From: an uncultured Chitinophagaceae bacterium | GTDB lineage: Bacteria; Bacteroidota; Ignavibacteria; UBA10030; UBA8401 | Length of the DNA stretch: 64,000 nt | Assembly: GCA_964355925.1 (NCBI GenBank) | Contig: CAYHFN010000004.1 | Coordinates: forward strand, 2,386 to 66,385 | Reading direction: 5' to 3' | Notes under the pieces: generated by a model | Databases searched by the model: none | Told to the model about the DNA's origin: nothing | Seen by the model: only the letters and a program-made list of their open reading frames with translations | Position numbers and translations under genes: made by a program | Shown here: piece after piece, positions 39,454 to 50,342 of the stretch | Numbering within the stretch: the first letter of the stretch is position 1 | Layout: the number at the start of each line of letters is the position of its first letter

Positions 39454-40335
39454 TTATTTTGGTAATCTTCGTCCATACTGATTTGAGTTTGCTTTTCGCT
39501 CAAAATAGTTAAAAGCCTCACGTGAAATATCGGTAATTATTTTCGGCCCATCTTCGTTGTGCAGCAGCATCTTCGTCATAACACAAATAATGTAAGGATT
39601 ATTCTCAAGATAGATGATGCCGACATCCGTTCTTACACCCTCAACATCACCTCCCTTGTTTGCAATGGTAACTATTGGTGCAGTACCTGATTTGAGCGCT
39701 CCATCTTTATCAAGTTTTAAGATAGATAGCATGTCGTCGCAAACTTGATTATTCACTAAAGTTCCGTTATACATTTTTTCAAGAATTGCCATAACATCTT
39801 TCGGCGTGCTGATATTTTCTCTTCCTTCTTTCGCTGCTTGAATATCCATCATTACTCGTTGAAGTTTTGTTTTTATCGCGCCGTTCTTCTGCAAGGATTC
39901 ATTGACATTTTTCATTCCAACGAGATCGATGAGCAGATTTGTTGCCGAATTATCACTTAACACGATCATCAATACGCAATAATCCCGAATGGAGAGAGAG
40001 ACCGATTTTTCTCCGAGTGAAGAAAGTATTCCGCTTCCGCCAACTCGCGCGGAAATAGGCAATTGTTTGATATCGGTAAGATTGAATTTTCCTTCCGAAG
40101 CTTGTTTATACACTTCCGTTAAAATATGGATCTTTATAGAACTTGCTTGTGGAAAAATATCATCTTCATTGATAAGAATCTGTTCTCCAGAGCGCAAGTC
40201 TTTAATAGCAACTCCAACAACGGCGTCAGCTTGTTCAACAATCTGTTTGATGTTTGTTATCAATTTATTTTTTAGAAGATCGGTTTGTGAGAACGAAAGC
40301 TGGAAAGTAATAACAACTAATAATAGTTTTACCAT
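39454..40335 (-). CDS. class A beta-lactamase-related serine hydrolase
   Basis: Signal peptide. SxxK (ASSIK), SDN (LSDNSATN) and KGG in the place of KTG. Confidence 0.7.
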   Translation of the reverse strand: MVKLLLVVITFQLSFSQTDLLKNKLITNIKQIVEQADAVVGVAIKDLRSGEQILINEDDIFPQASSIKIHILTEVYKQASEGKFNLTDIKQLPISARVGGSGILSSLGEKSVSLSIRDYCVLMIVLSDNSATNLLIDLVGMKNVNESLQKNGAIKTKLQRVMMDIQAAKEGRENISTPKDVMAILEKMYNGTLVNNQVCDDMLSILKLDKDGALKSGTAPIVTIANKGGDVEGVRTDVGIIYLENNPYIICVMTKMLLHNEDGPKIITDISREAFNYFERKANSNQYGRRLPK

Positions 40336-40536
40336 GATGTCCCTATTTTTGATACGTGAATACTAAGGAAAGAGTAGTGGAAAAGCAAGGAGGTGTATGA
40401 TAAACTATTTTAATAACCACCCATACTACAAATGACGAAATTGATACATTGAATGTACGTAAGGGGAGGAATTTACATATATGAAGGACATCGTTCGATT
40501 GCGATTCATAGACATTTTGGCTATTTTCCATAACGG

Positions 40537-41436
40537 ATGATGAAACAGCATAGTACACAAACAATAACGCTTCAACGACTTCTGGTACTTCATTCTGATT
40601 ATCTGAATGAACTGAGCAAGCGAAATCCTGAAACGCGCGGGACATACGAACGCACACTTCGTGAATTTATGCGATGGGTACGATTAGAACCAGAATTTGA
40701 ATGTTCAACAAAAGAGGTTGAACGATATAAGCGATTTTTACTGACCAAGAGAAAATTATCTCCTGTTTCTGTTACAATGTACCTTTCCTCTGTTCGAAAA
40801 TTTTTTGATTTTCTTGTCTTACGCGGTGTTTTATTCTCAAACACTGCAAAAGCTGTAAAAGGAGGAGAAACAAATCCCCAGCACTCACGAAAAAGCATTT
40901 CCGTTCAAGAAGTTCAGTTGTTGATCCAGTCAATTGAGCGGAAAGATGAAATTGGGTTCAGAGATTTTGCCATTGTGAAATTAATGATCACTTGTGGTCT
41001 TTCGGAGATCGAATTAATCCGCGCGGATATCGGTGACATAGTTACGAAAAAAGGAATCATGACGTTGTCGCTGCAGTTGAAAGGGAAAAAGACAAAAGAT
41101 CAATCTGCAGTGATCCCTAACGATGCTAAAGAAGCGATGAAAAGTTATCTTGCTTTCAGAACCAATGCAAAAGAGAATGAACCACTCTTCATGAGTGCGG
41201 GAAATAGAACTCGCGGTCAACGAATGACTTCACGCGGAATTCGAGAGAGAATTAATTTTTATCTTGAAAAATCCGGGGTCAAAAACGGTGAAGCACGAAA
41301 GATCACTGCGTTATCTTTACGTTTAACGGCAATTAAAACAATGGCAGAACAGGGTGCAAGTGTAGATGAAATACGAAAAAAATTTCATATTATAAAAGAA
41401 TTGACGGTAAAGCGGTATTTGGAGCATATTGAATAA
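40537..41436 (+). CDS. Xer-like tyrosine recombinase family protein with non-canonical active-site residues
   Basis: SAM-like N-domain, and a C-domain with LKGKK, SLRLTA, FH and RYLEH. See the corresponding finding. Confidence 0.7.
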   Translation: MMKQHSTQTITLQRLLVLHSDYLNELSKRNPETRGTYERTLREFMRWVRLEPEFECSTKEVERYKRFLLTKRKLSPVSVTMYLSSVRKFFDFLVLRGVLFSNTAKAVKGGETNPQHSRKSISVQEVQLLIQSIERKDEIGFRDFAIVKLMITCGLSEIELIRADIGDIVTKKGIMTLSLQLKGKKTKDQSAVIPNDAKEAMKSYLAFRTNAKENEPLFMSAGNRTRGQRMTSRGIRERINFYLEKSGVKNGEARKITALSLRLTAIKTMAEQGASVDEIRKKFHIIKELTVKRYLEHIE

Positions 41437-41457
41437 TTTGTCAGGGAGAATAAAGAC

Positions 41458-41916
41458 ATGAAACATGTTGTATTTTTACTGATGAGCTTATTGCTTTTCG
41501 GATGTTCATCCGGAAAATCTATCTTGGCAACTCATAACGGTGAGATTATATCAGGAACATGGCTCGTGTATGAAGGTATCATACCATGCGCCGATTGTAA
41601 CGAGATTAAAACACGATTGGAGCTTCTTATTGATTATTCAAATCCAGAACCCCCATTCATTCTCAAACAAGCATACATCGGTTCCAAGGATGAGGATAAA
41701 ACGTCGATCACTCACGGTGTTTATGGTACTTTAAAAGAGACATATCAGGAAAACGATGCAACTGTCTATGAGCTAAATCCAGATAAACCGAAAGAAAAAA
41801 TCTATTTCCTCCGGATTAATGACGACACACTAAAAATGCTTAATCGTGATATCAAAGAGATCAAATCAGTTTTAAATTACAAACTTGTTCGAACAGCAAC
41901 ATTAAAAGAGAGATAA
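41458..41916 (+). CDS. NlpE-N-domain-like lipoprotein
   Basis: Lipobox LLFGC. YEGIIPCADCNEIKTRLEL matches the NlpE N-terminal CxxC pattern. Confidence 0.7.
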   Translation: MKHVVFLLMSLLLFGCSSGKSILATHNGEIISGTWLVYEGIIPCADCNEIKTRLELLIDYSNPEPPFILKQAYIGSKDEDKTSITHGVYGTLKETYQENDATVYELNPDKPKEKIYFLRINDDTLKMLNRDIKEIKSVLNYKLVRTATLKER

Positions 41917-41960
41917 ATTTCTAATTTCAAATTCTAAAACCTAAATCCTAAAGCTGATCA

Positions 41961-44570
41961 ATGAGTTATAACTTTACTGAAATCGAAAATAAATGGCAAA
42001 GATATTGGGATCAACATCAAACGTATAAAACCGTTGAAGATCCTACAAAGAAGAAATTATATATTCTCGATATGTTCCCATACCCAAGCGGAGCAGGATT
42101 ACACGTTGGTCATCCTGAAGGATATACGGCCACGGATATATTCACTCGCTTTCAGCGATTAAATGGAATTAATGTTCTCCATCCTATGGGTTGGGACGCA
42201 TTTGGTTTACCTGCTGAACGATATGCAATGCAAACGAACATCCATCCATCGGTAACGACAGAACAAAATATCAATAACTTTCGTCGCCAAATTAAATTGC
42301 TAGGACTTAGTTATGACTGGGAACGAGAAGTCAATACAACCGATCCTCAATATTATAAATGGACGCAATGGATATTTCTAAAGATCTATAATTCGTGGTA
42401 TGATTTTCGCGTAAAGAAGGCTCGTGCGATTTCCGAACTCATTTCTGAATTTGAAAAATCCGGATGCTCCAAGATAGACTGCGATTTATATTGTGGAAAT
42501 AATGATTGTTGTTTCACCGCTGATGGCTGGAAAGCAAAGAATGAGTTAGAACAGCAAAAAATATTAAAGGATTTTCGACTTGCATACATTGCGGAAATTC
42601 CTGTGAATTGGTGCGAAGCGTTGGGAACAGTTCTTGCAAATGAAGAAGTAGATGAATGGACTGAAAAGGGATATTCCGTTGAACGTCGTCCGATGCGTCA
42701 GTGGATGATGCGGATAACCGCTTATTGCGAACGATTGCTCGAAGATGCGGCAACGCTTGATTGGCCTGCATCGACGGTGGAGATGCAAAAAAATTGGATC
42801 GGACGTTCCGAAGGTGCGGAAGTTGATTTCGCGATTGCAAACAGTGCAGAAAATATAAGAATCTTCACAACACGGCCGGATACAATCTTTGGTGCAACGT
42901 ATATGGTTCTTGCACCGGAGCATCCGTTTGTTGATTCGGTTACGGTTGCAGAAAAAAAAGATGAAGTTGCTGAATATCGGAAGAAAGCTTCTCTGAAATC
43001 TGAACTTGATCGTGGAATGGATAAGAACAAAAGTGGTGTGTTCACCGGCGGATATGCAATAAATCCCGCGACTGAAAAACAGATACCGATCTGGATTGCA
43101 GACTATGTATTGATGGGATATGGTTTTGGTGCAATTATGGCAGTTCCTGCACACGATGAACGTGATTGGGATTTTGCAAAAAAATATACTTTACCGATCG
43201 TTGAAGTTGTAAAATCGCCTTTCGACGTAAATGAAAAAGTTTTTGTTGCCAAAGATGAACAATGCGTAAACTCTTCTAACAAAGAGATTAATATTGATGG
43301 TCTTTCATACGAACAAGCATTTGCAAAGATCGTTTTATGGTTAGAGGAAAAAGGAATTGGCAAGAAGAAGATCAATTATAAATTACGTGATTGGCTTTTC
43401 TCGCGTCAAAGATATTGGGGTGAACCGATCCCGATCATTCATTGGGAAGATGGAACAATGAGTGCTTTGGAAGAAAAAGAACTTCCGCTCATTTTACCAA
43501 ATCTTGAAAAATTCCAACCAAGCGGAACGACTGAATCTCCGCTTGCACTTGCAACAGAGTGGATGAATGTTGTCGATTCCAATACAGGAAAAAAGGGACG
43601 ACGTGAAACGAACACAATGCCGCAATGGGGTGGAAGTTGTTGGTATTATCTCCGCTATATCGATCCGAAGAATGATACGATCTTCTGTGATCTTGAAAAA
43701 CAAAAATATTGGATGCCAGTAGATCTGTATGTAGGCGGATCCGAACACGCAGTTCTCCATTTAATGTATGCACGATTTTGGCATAAAGTTCTATTCGATC
43801 TCGGATATGTAACTACTACAGAACCGTTTATGAAATTGCGTCATCAAGGAATTATCCTCGGGGAGAATTCCAAAAAGATGTCGAAGTCACTTGGCAATGT
43901 TGTGAACCCTGATGATGTTGTTAAAGAATATGGCGCGGATGCATTACGACTGTTTGAAATGTTTATGGGACCGTTAGAAGAGATGAAACCGTGGAGCATG
44001 AATGGTGTTGAAGGGGTATTCCGTTTCTTGAAACGTGTTTGGAAATTGTACGTGACGGAAGATGGAGCATTGAACGAGATCATAACCGAGAGCCAACCTT
44101 CTGCAGATTTTCTGCGCATTTTCCATCAAACTGTTAAGAAGGTAACAGAAGATATTCCAGCACTACGGTTCAATACAGCTATTTCGCAGATGATGATTTT
44201 TATCAATGAAGCGTATAAACAAGAGACACTGCCAAAAAAACTGATGAAAGATTTTCTTGTTGTGCTTTCCCCGTTTGCACCACACGTTACAGAAGAGTTG
44301 TGGAATAAATTGGGAAATACAGAGTCAATTTTCAAATCCTCACAGTGGATAACGTATGATGAAAAATTGACCGTAACTAGTGAAGTGGAGATTGTTGTCC
44401 AAGTAAATGGAAAGATCAGGGCAAAATTCAATGTTCCGAACAATTCGAATGAGCATGATCTTAAATCGAGAGCACATTCAGAACCGAATGTGAAATTATA
44501 CGTTGATGGAAAAAAGATTGTAAAAGAAATTGTGGTAAAAAATAAGTTGGTGAATATTGTTGTCCAATGA
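41961..44570 (+). CDS. leuS: leucine--tRNA ligase
   Basis: 869 aa, HVGH (HIGH) and KMSKS motifs, CP1 editing domain. Confidence 0.97.
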   Translation: MSYNFTEIENKWQRYWDQHQTYKTVEDPTKKKLYILDMFPYPSGAGLHVGHPEGYTATDIFTRFQRLNGINVLHPMGWDAFGLPAERYAMQTNIHPSVTTEQNINNFRRQIKLLGLSYDWEREVNTTDPQYYKWTQWIFLKIYNSWYDFRVKKARAISELISEFEKSGCSKIDCDLYCGNNDCCFTADGWKAKNELEQQKILKDFRLAYIAEIPVNWCEALGTVLANEEVDEWTEKGYSVERRPMRQWMMRITAYCERLLEDAATLDWPASTVEMQKNWIGRSEGAEVDFAIANSAENIRIFTTRPDTIFGATYMVLAPEHPFVDSVTVAEKKDEVAEYRKKASLKSELDRGMDKNKSGVFTGGYAINPATEKQIPIWIADYVLMGYGFGAIMAVPAHDERDWDFAKKYTLPIVEVVKSPFDVNEKVFVAKDEQCVNSSNKEINIDGLSYEQAFAKIVLWLEEKGIGKKKINYKLRDWLFSRQRYWGEPIPIIHWEDGTMSALEEKELPLILPNLEKFQPSGTTESPLALATEWMNVVDSNTGKKGRRETNTMPQWGGSCWYYLRYIDPKNDTIFCDLEKQKYWMPVDLYVGGSEHAVLHLMYARFWHKVLFDLGYVTTTEPFMKLRHQGIILGENSKKMSKSLGNVVNPDDVVKEYGADALRLFEMFMGPLEEMKPWSMNGVEGVFRFLKRVWKLYVTEDGALNEIITESQPSADFLRIFHQTVKKVTEDIPALRFNTAISQMMIFINEAYKQETLPKKLMKDFLVVLSPFAPHVTEELWNKLGNTESIFKSSQWITYDEKLTVTSEVEIVVQVNGKIRAKFNVPNNSNEHDLKSRAHSEPNVKLYVDGKKIVKEIVVKNKLVNIVVQ

Positions 44571-45376
44571 TATCAATCATTATTATAACGAAAAATGAAG
44601 AAAAAAATATTGAACGCTGTTTGAAGAGCGTTCAATGGGCAAATGAAATTATCGTTGTGGATGCAATAAGTACTGATAGGACAGTCCAAATATCAAAATC
44701 ACTGAATGTAAAAGTGATTATAAAACAATGGGAAGGGTTTGCAAAGCAAAAAGAATTTGCAATGCAGCAAGCGAGTAATGAATGGATATTTTCATTGGAT
44801 GCAGATGAAGAAGTAACAGTTGAATTGAAAGAAGAAATTCTTTCTACAATCGAACTTTCTCATACGTTGAATGGATATGAAGTTCCGCGGAAAAGTTATT
44901 TTCTTGATCGATGGATGAAGAACGGCGGATGGTATCCCGGACACCAACTGCGATTGTTCAAAAAATCAAAAACAAGAATGAATCATCGGCCTGTGCACGA
45001 AGGATTTTTAGTTGAAGGTTTGATCGGCCTTTTGAAAGCAGATCTTAACCATTACACCTATAATTCTCTACATCAATATCTTGAAAAAATGAATGATTAT
45101 TCATCTCTTGATGTGATGAATACGATTGGGAATGGCAGAATAATACGTTGGTACCACTTTATTCTTAATCCACTTTCGGTATTTTTAAGGATGTATATTT
45201 CCTTGAAAGGTTACAAAGACGGATTTTACGGATTTCTCCTTGCATATTATTCGGCATTCCATGCTCTTGTGATCTATGCAAAAAGTTGGGAATATCAATC
45301 AGCACAACGTAGCGGATCGGGTACACCTCCGGTTTCAGCAGAAACAGTTGCAAAAGCTAAATATCAATCAATGTAA
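44567..45376 (+). CDS. family 2 glycosyltransferase (LPS-core type)
   Basis: [11 protein letters not shown]...DADE pattern. ATGA overlap with leuS. Confidence 0.8.
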   Translation: MISIIIITKNEEKNIERCLKSVQWANEIIVVDAISTDRTVQISKSLNVKVIIKQWEGFAKQKEFAMQQASNEWIFSLDADEEVTVELKEEILSTIELSHTLNGYEVPRKSYFLDRWMKNGGWYPGHQLRLFKKSKTRMNHRPVHEGFLVEGLIGLLKADLNHYTYNSLHQYLEKMNDYSSLDVMNTIGNGRIIRWYHFILNPLSVFLRMYISLKGYKDGFYGFLLAYYSAFHALVIYAKSWEYQSAQRSGSGTPPVSAETVAKAKYQSM

Positions 45377-45390
45377 ATTTAAACTCGGTC

Positions 45391-47250
45391 ATGAAAATAT
45401 TTTTTCGAATACTCACTTACGTAAAACCATATTGGCGGACTTTAGCGCTTTCAATAGCATGTACTTTCATGTTTTCTATATTCAGTGTATCTTCAATTTA
45501 TTTAACGATTCCATTACTTGAAACATTGTTCGATCAGACACCAATTGAGATTGGTGCAACACAAACTCCTCTTAAATTTCAACTTGTGCCGAATGAATTT
45601 ATCAGCGGTAAACAATATGTGGAAAATTCCATTCGGTATTTTCTGTATGATGGAACAAAATCGGAGGCCTTGTTCAAGATCTGCGGTTTAATTCTTTCAG
45701 TTTTCTTTTTTAAAAATATATTTGACTACTGTCAATCATATTTAATGGCATTGGTTGAACAGAGTTTGATGAGAGATCTGAGAAATTCTTTGTACGAACA
45801 TCTTCACAATTTATCCCTTAGCTATTTTAGTAATGAACGCACCGGAAATTTGATCTCACGAGTTACAAACGATGTAAACGTTGTTAACGGGGGAGTTTCT
45901 GCAACATTTGTAACACTAATAAAAGAGCCTCTCCTTATTATTTTCTTTTTAACGATGGCATTTATTTTGAGTTGGAAGCTGACCTTGTTGGCATTCATTG
46001 TTTTTCCATTGATCTTATTGATCATTTCCGGAATAGGATTGCGCTTGCATAAACAAAGCGGAATTATGCAGGAAAAGATGGCTGATATTACTGTCGTATT
46101 ACAGGAAACAATTTCCAATGTAAAAGTTGTAAAAGCATTTACAATGGAGGAGTTCGAGAATAGAAAATTTAGAAAAGAAACTCAAAGCTATTTTAAAACA
46201 ATTCTAAAAATGACTCGCATCAGAAATCTTTCATCACCGACAACGGAACTACTTTCCATCTTTGCAGGTGCAGTGATCATATGGTATGGTGGACAGCAAG
46301 TATTGATCTCCGGTGAGATGAAAGCAGCTGAATTTATCGGTTTTCTTATGATGGTATTTCAGATTATGCCACCGGTTAAAGATCTTGCAAGTGTGAACAA
46401 TCGTTTGCAGGAATTTTCTGCTGCTGGGAAAAGAATATTTGAGATCCTTGATACAAAACCCGCAATTCGGAATGTTGATAATCCAATTATACTTTCAAAA
46501 ATTGAGAATACTGTCGAATTCAATCATGTTACATTTGGATATTCAGCCGAGAACGGCGAGCAGCGAATAGTGTTGGCAGATGTAAGTGTGAAAGTTCGAA
46601 AAGGAGAATTAATAGCGCTTGTAGGACCAAGCGGCAGCGGCAAAACAACATTCGTTGACCTTATACCGCGATTCTACGATCCGATAAAAGGATCAATAAT
46701 GATTGATGATGTTAATATTAAAAATTTCGATGTCAAATCATTGAGAGAGAAAATTGGTATAGTTACACAAGAAACGATCTTATTCAACGATACAGTTCGC
46801 AATAACATTGCATACGGATTAGATGATTGTCCAATTGAGACCATTAAAAAAGCTGCAAAGTCTGCAAATGCGCTTTCGTTTATTGAGGAAATGTCGCATG
46901 GATTTGATTCTATCATTGGTGATCGTGGTGTTAAACTATCCGGCGGTCAGCGTCAACGCCTGTCGATCGCGCGAGCATTACTCAAAAATCCACCAATCAT
47001 GATCTTTGATGAAGCGACATCGGCGTTGGATTCCGAAAGCGAAATACTCGTGCAAGAGGCAATGGAACGATTGATGCAGAACAGAACTTCATTTGTGATT
47101 GCACATCGACTTTCAACGATTAGAAATGCTGACAGAATTATCGTTCTTGAACAAGGGAAGATCGTACAGGAAGGAAAACATGTAGAATTATTGAAACAAA
47201 AAAATGGTCTCTATAAGAAGCTTCACGATTTACAATTCGCACAGCAATGA
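45391..47250 (+). CDS. MsbA-like ABC exporter (fused TMD-NBD)
   Basis: 6-TM domain. GPSGSGKTT, LSGGQRQR, IFDEATSALD. Confidence 0.85.
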   Translation: MKIFFRILTYVKPYWRTLALSIACTFMFSIFSVSSIYLTIPLLETLFDQTPIEIGATQTPLKFQLVPNEFISGKQYVENSIRYFLYDGTKSEALFKICGLILSVFFFKNIFDYCQSYLMALVEQSLMRDLRNSLYEHLHNLSLSYFSNERTGNLISRVTNDVNVVNGGVSATFVTLIKEPLLIIFFLTMAFILSWKLTLLAFIVFPLILLIISGIGLRLHKQSGIMQEKMADITVVLQETISNVKVVKAFTMEEFENRKFRKETQSYFKTILKMTRIRNLSSPTTELLSIFAGAVIIWYGGQQVLISGEMKAAEFIGFLMMVFQIMPPVKDLASVNNRLQEFSAAGKRIFEILDTKPAIRNVDNPIILSKIENTVEFNHVTFGYSAENGEQRIVLADVSVKVRKGELIALVGPSGSGKTTFVDLIPRFYDPIKGSIMIDDVNIKNFDVKSLREKIGIVTQETILFNDTVRNNIAYGLDDCPIETIKKAAKSANALSFIEEMSHGFDSIIGDRGVKLSGGQRQRLSIARALLKNPPIMIFDEATSALDSESEILVQEAMERLMQNRTSFVIAHRLSTIRNADRIIVLEQGKIVQEGKHVELLKQKNGLYKKLHDLQFAQQ

Positions 47251-48407
47251 TTTCTTCTGAAAACATAAAAATATTTCTTTATTGGTTATTGGTATTGCAA
47301 GTATGTTTTATCTCGATTTCAATTGCCGTATCATCCTTATTGCTATCATTGATCATCATTTGTATAGTCATTCTATTCTGTATTGAAAAAAAATGGGTTT
47401 TTCCATATACTGCTATTGATATAGCATTTCTTGCGTATTGTGGCATTGAATTTGTAACTTCTATAAACTCCGAGCAACAATTCGATGCTTTTAAAAATTC
47501 GAAAAGGTTTTTATTGATTTTAATCGTTTATAGTGTGCTTATTTCATTCGACACAAAAGAAAAAATTATCAAAGCAGTTCAATATCTTTCAGGCACTGTT
47601 GCATTTCTTTCGATCGTAGAGATCGTATTTTATTTTCTCCAATCAGAAGAACGGTTATATCTATTCCAACATTATATGACTACCGGCGGATTAAAGATGA
47701 TCGTATCATTGATGGTGCTGCCGTTTGTCTTAAGCCCTGATACTAAAAAAAAAGAACGACTATTTTATCTCGCAGCATTTCTTCCCACTATGATTGCACT
47801 TGTTTTGACTAATACGAGAAGTGCATGGCTTGGATTGGTCTTTGGTGTTATTGTTATGAGTGCTTTGTATTATCGCAAATTGTTCGTGCTTTTGGTATTA
47901 GCAATTATTCTCTTTTTTCAATTTGCGCCAACTCATCAAACGGATCGCGCAAAAAGTATTGTCGATATTTCCAACTCGACAAATGTGGGTAGATTTAACA
48001 TGTGGTCCACAGGAATAACTATGTGGAAAGATAAACCGATCTTAGGATTTGGTGATATTGATTTGTATAAAACATATCTCACGTATAGAACTCCCACGGG
48101 AGATGAACCCGCGGGACATTTACATAATAATTATGTGCACCTATTGGTAACAATTGGTGCTTTGGGATTGATTATTGTTCTATTCCTATTCTTTGTCATA
48201 GTAAAAACAGAATACAAAATATTTTCAAGCAATACTTCAGATCAATTGATACGAAATATTTCACTCGGTGCGATCTCTGTTTTTTCCGGATTTATGGTCA
48301 ATGGAATCTTTGAATGGAATTTTGGAGATCACGAGATTATGGTCTTTGTTTGGTTCACCGTTGGTCTTTGTTTAGCAGTAGAAAAGGTCGCTGGAAAGAA
48401 ATTATGA
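47247..48407 (+). CDS. O-antigen ligase / Wzy_C-family membrane protein
   Basis: Polytopic, TNTRSAWLGL motif and a large loop with H..N...H. Confidence 0.7.
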   Translation: MISSENIKIFLYWLLVLQVCFISISIAVSSLLLSLIIICIVILFCIEKKWVFPYTAIDIAFLAYCGIEFVTSINSEQQFDAFKNSKRFLLILIVYSVLISFDTKEKIIKAVQYLSGTVAFLSIVEIVFYFLQSEERLYLFQHYMTTGGLKMIVSLMVLPFVLSPDTKKKERLFYLAAFLPTMIALVLTNTRSAWLGLVFGVIVMSALYYRKLFVLLVLAIILFFQFAPTHQTDRAKSIVDISNSTNVGRFNMWSTGITMWKDKPILGFGDIDLYKTYLTYRTPTGDEPAGHLHNNYVHLLVTIGALGLIIVLFLFFVIVKTEYKIFSSNTSDQLIRNISLGAISVFSGFMVNGIFEWNFGDHEIMVFVWFTVGLCLAVEKVAGKKL

Positions 48408-49165
48408 CAACTCCACTTTCCGTTATCGTTATTACAAAGAATGAGACAAACAATATTGAATCGTGTTTGAAAAGCGTTTCGTTTGCAGATGACATAGTTG
48501 TTGTAGATGCTGAAAGTAATGACGATACGGTTTTTAAGGCAAAAAAATATTCGAGTTCAGTTTTTGTAAAGCCTTGGGATGGATTTGCAGCTGCAAAACA
48601 ATTTGCCGTAGAGCAGACCAAAAATCCCTGGGTATTATGGTTGGATGCAGATGAACGAGTAATGCAGAGTCTTGGAATTGAAATACAACAAGTAATATCA
48701 AACAACCCAGAGCAAGCAGCGTTTACGGTTGCACGCCGCGCATACTTTCTTGGAAAATGGATGAGACATTCAGGATGGTATCCGGGAAGAGTTGCACGGC
48801 TATTTCACAAGGAGCGGGCTGAATTTAATAATGCTGCAGTTCATGAAGGATTGAAATGCCACGGAATTATTGGTGAGCTGAAAAATGATCTATTGCATTA
48901 CACTGATCCGAATATTTATCATTATTTCTCTAAGTTCAATCAATATACTACGCTTGCTGCAAATTCCTATGCTAAAAATGAAAAAAAATTCAAACGTTCC
49001 GATGTCATCATTCGTCCATGGTGGCAATTTGTGCGTATGTATTTTTTTCGACTTGGATTCTTGGATGGAATTCAGGGTTTATTGTTGGCATTATTTTCGT
49101 CAGGATATGTTTTTACGAAATACGCAAAATTGTGGGAACAAAAATCTATCATTAACTCAAAGTGA
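48404..49165 (+). CDS. family 2 glycosyltransferase, paralogue of 44567..45376
   Basis: MTTPLSVIVITKNE...DADE. ATG 48404 overlaps the upstream TGA (ATGA). The listed 48314 start is an in-gene extension. Confidence 0.8.
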   Translation: MTTPLSVIVITKNETNNIESCLKSVSFADDIVVVDAESNDDTVFKAKKYSSSVFVKPWDGFAAAKQFAVEQTKNPWVLWLDADERVMQSLGIEIQQVISNNPEQAAFTVARRAYFLGKWMRHSGWYPGRVARLFHKERAEFNNAAVHEGLKCHGIIGELKNDLLHYTDPNIYHYFSKFNQYTTLAANSYAKNEKKFKRSDVIIRPWWQFVRMYFFRLGFLDGIQGLLLALFSSGYVFTKYAKLWEQKSIINSK

Positions 49166-49443
49166 ATACAATGAATAATACAGAAAAACAACAAATGCTT
49201 TTTGTCCAATTGATCTCTTCGCTTCACGGTGGTGCATTGATGCAGATGGGAAAGATGAAAAATCCCGCAACTGATAAATTAGAAAGAAATTTAGAGCAAG
49301 CGGAACTGACAATAGAAATGTTGGATATGTTGAAAGAACGTACGAAAGGAAATCTTACGAATGATGAAGATAAATTCATTTCTTTAGTCATCAGTGAAGT
49401 GAAATTGAATTATGTTGACGAGAAAGCAAAAGAACCGAAATGA
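49162..49443 (+). CDS. DUF1844-like small protein (start GTG 49162 or ATG 49171)
   Basis: FVQLISSLHGGALMQMGK..NPATDK...LEQAELTIEMLDMLKERTKGNL pattern. Confidence 0.7.
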   Translation: MNTMNNTEKQQMLFVQLISSLHGGALMQMGKMKNPATDKLERNLEQAELTIEMLDMLKERTKGNLTNDEDKFISLVISEVKLNYVDEKAKEPK

Positions 49444-50342
49444 AAATTGGAGTCATTGGGAATAGCACAAAAGAATCCCTTCCGGATGCGATTGAAGCAT
49501 TGGTAAAATTGGGTCCGAAATATAACATCGATTTTTTTATTCACGATGAGTTGTCCCTGTCGTTGAAGAAAAAGTTAGGAAATGTATTTTCACAAAAACA
49601 ATATTTACCATCGGTAGAATTGGTTGAAAAAAGTGATATCATTGTTGCATTCGGCGGTGATGGTACGATCTTATCTGCTGCACGAATGGTTGGAAAATCT
49701 GCTGTTCCGATCCTTGGAATTAACCTTGGAAAACTTGGATTTCTTGCAGAAGTCTCATTGGAGGAATTAGAGCCATTCATTCAAGATGTTATGGCGAGGG
49801 AGCATATCACCGAAGAACGGATGATGCTTAAAACCACGATCGAAAAAGATAATAGTGAACTGTACTCACTGAACGATGTGGTGATCGACAATAGCACATC
49901 ATCACGACTTATCCATATTTCGGTCTATGTAAATGGTGAATATTTGGTCAGTTATTCCGGTGATGGGATCATCCTTGCAACACCGACCGGCTCAACGGCA
50001 TATTCATTAGCAGCTGGAGGTCCGATTGTTGTCCCAACGACGAGTGTTATTGTCATTCAACCGATCTCACCACATTCCTTATCAGCGCGGACGGTGATCA
50101 TTCCTGATACAAGTATCATCAGAATTGTTGTAGAACATCTTTCGAATGAAGCGCGAGTTACTGCAGACGGACAGACCGAAAAAATTTATGCTCCTCCACT
50201 GGATATTATTATCCGCAAAGCGGAATTTTCCGTTAAACTAATCAAACGAAAAGATCGAAGTTATTACGATGTGCTTCGCGCAAAGTTATTGTGGGGGAGT
50301 GATATTCGAATAGTCAAAGGAAAATTAAATGAACGTGATTAG
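49440..50342 (+). CDS. nadK: NAD kinase
   Basis: GGDGT, the NDVVI region, and TPTGSTAYSLAAGGPI. Confidence 0.93.
   Translation: MKIGVIGNSTKESLPDAIEALVKLGPKYNIDFFIHDELSLSLKKKLGNVFSQKQYLPSVELVEKSDIIVAFGGDGTILSAARMVGKSAVPILGINLGKLGFLAEVSLEELEPFIQDVMAREHITEERMMLKTTIEKDNSELYSLNDVVIDNSTSSRLIHISVYVNGEYLVSYSGDGIILATPTGSTAYSLAAGGPIVVPTTSVIVIQPISPHSLSARTVIIPDTSIIRIVVEHLSNEARVTADGQTEKIYAPPLDIIIRKAEFSVKLIKRKDRSYYDVLRAKLLWGSDIRIVKGKLNERD

Noticed and set aside
40343-40657. 104-aa minus-strand ORF spanning the beta-lactamase-like / recombinase intergenic region
   Set aside because: It overlaps the recombinase start on the opposite strand, has no SD and has odd composition. It is likely spurious.
39454-41916. 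Genomic island or mobile element around the recombinase gene
   Set aside because: I saw no flanking direct repeats, tRNA target, transposase, phage genes or compositional shift. The neighbours are ordinary chromosomal genes.
42564-43154. 196-aa minus-strand ORF, and neighbouring 90-108-aa ORFs, inside leuS
   Set aside because: They lie antisense to a confidently identified tRNA ligase, have Cys/Arg/Phe-rich low-complexity composition typical of antisense frames in AT-rich genes, and have no SD or family resemblance.
48314-48403. 30-codon N-terminal extension of the second GT2 ORF
   Set aside because: It overlaps the end of the O-antigen-ligase-like gene. ATG 48404 gives an ATGA junction and an N-terminus matching the paralogue at 44567.
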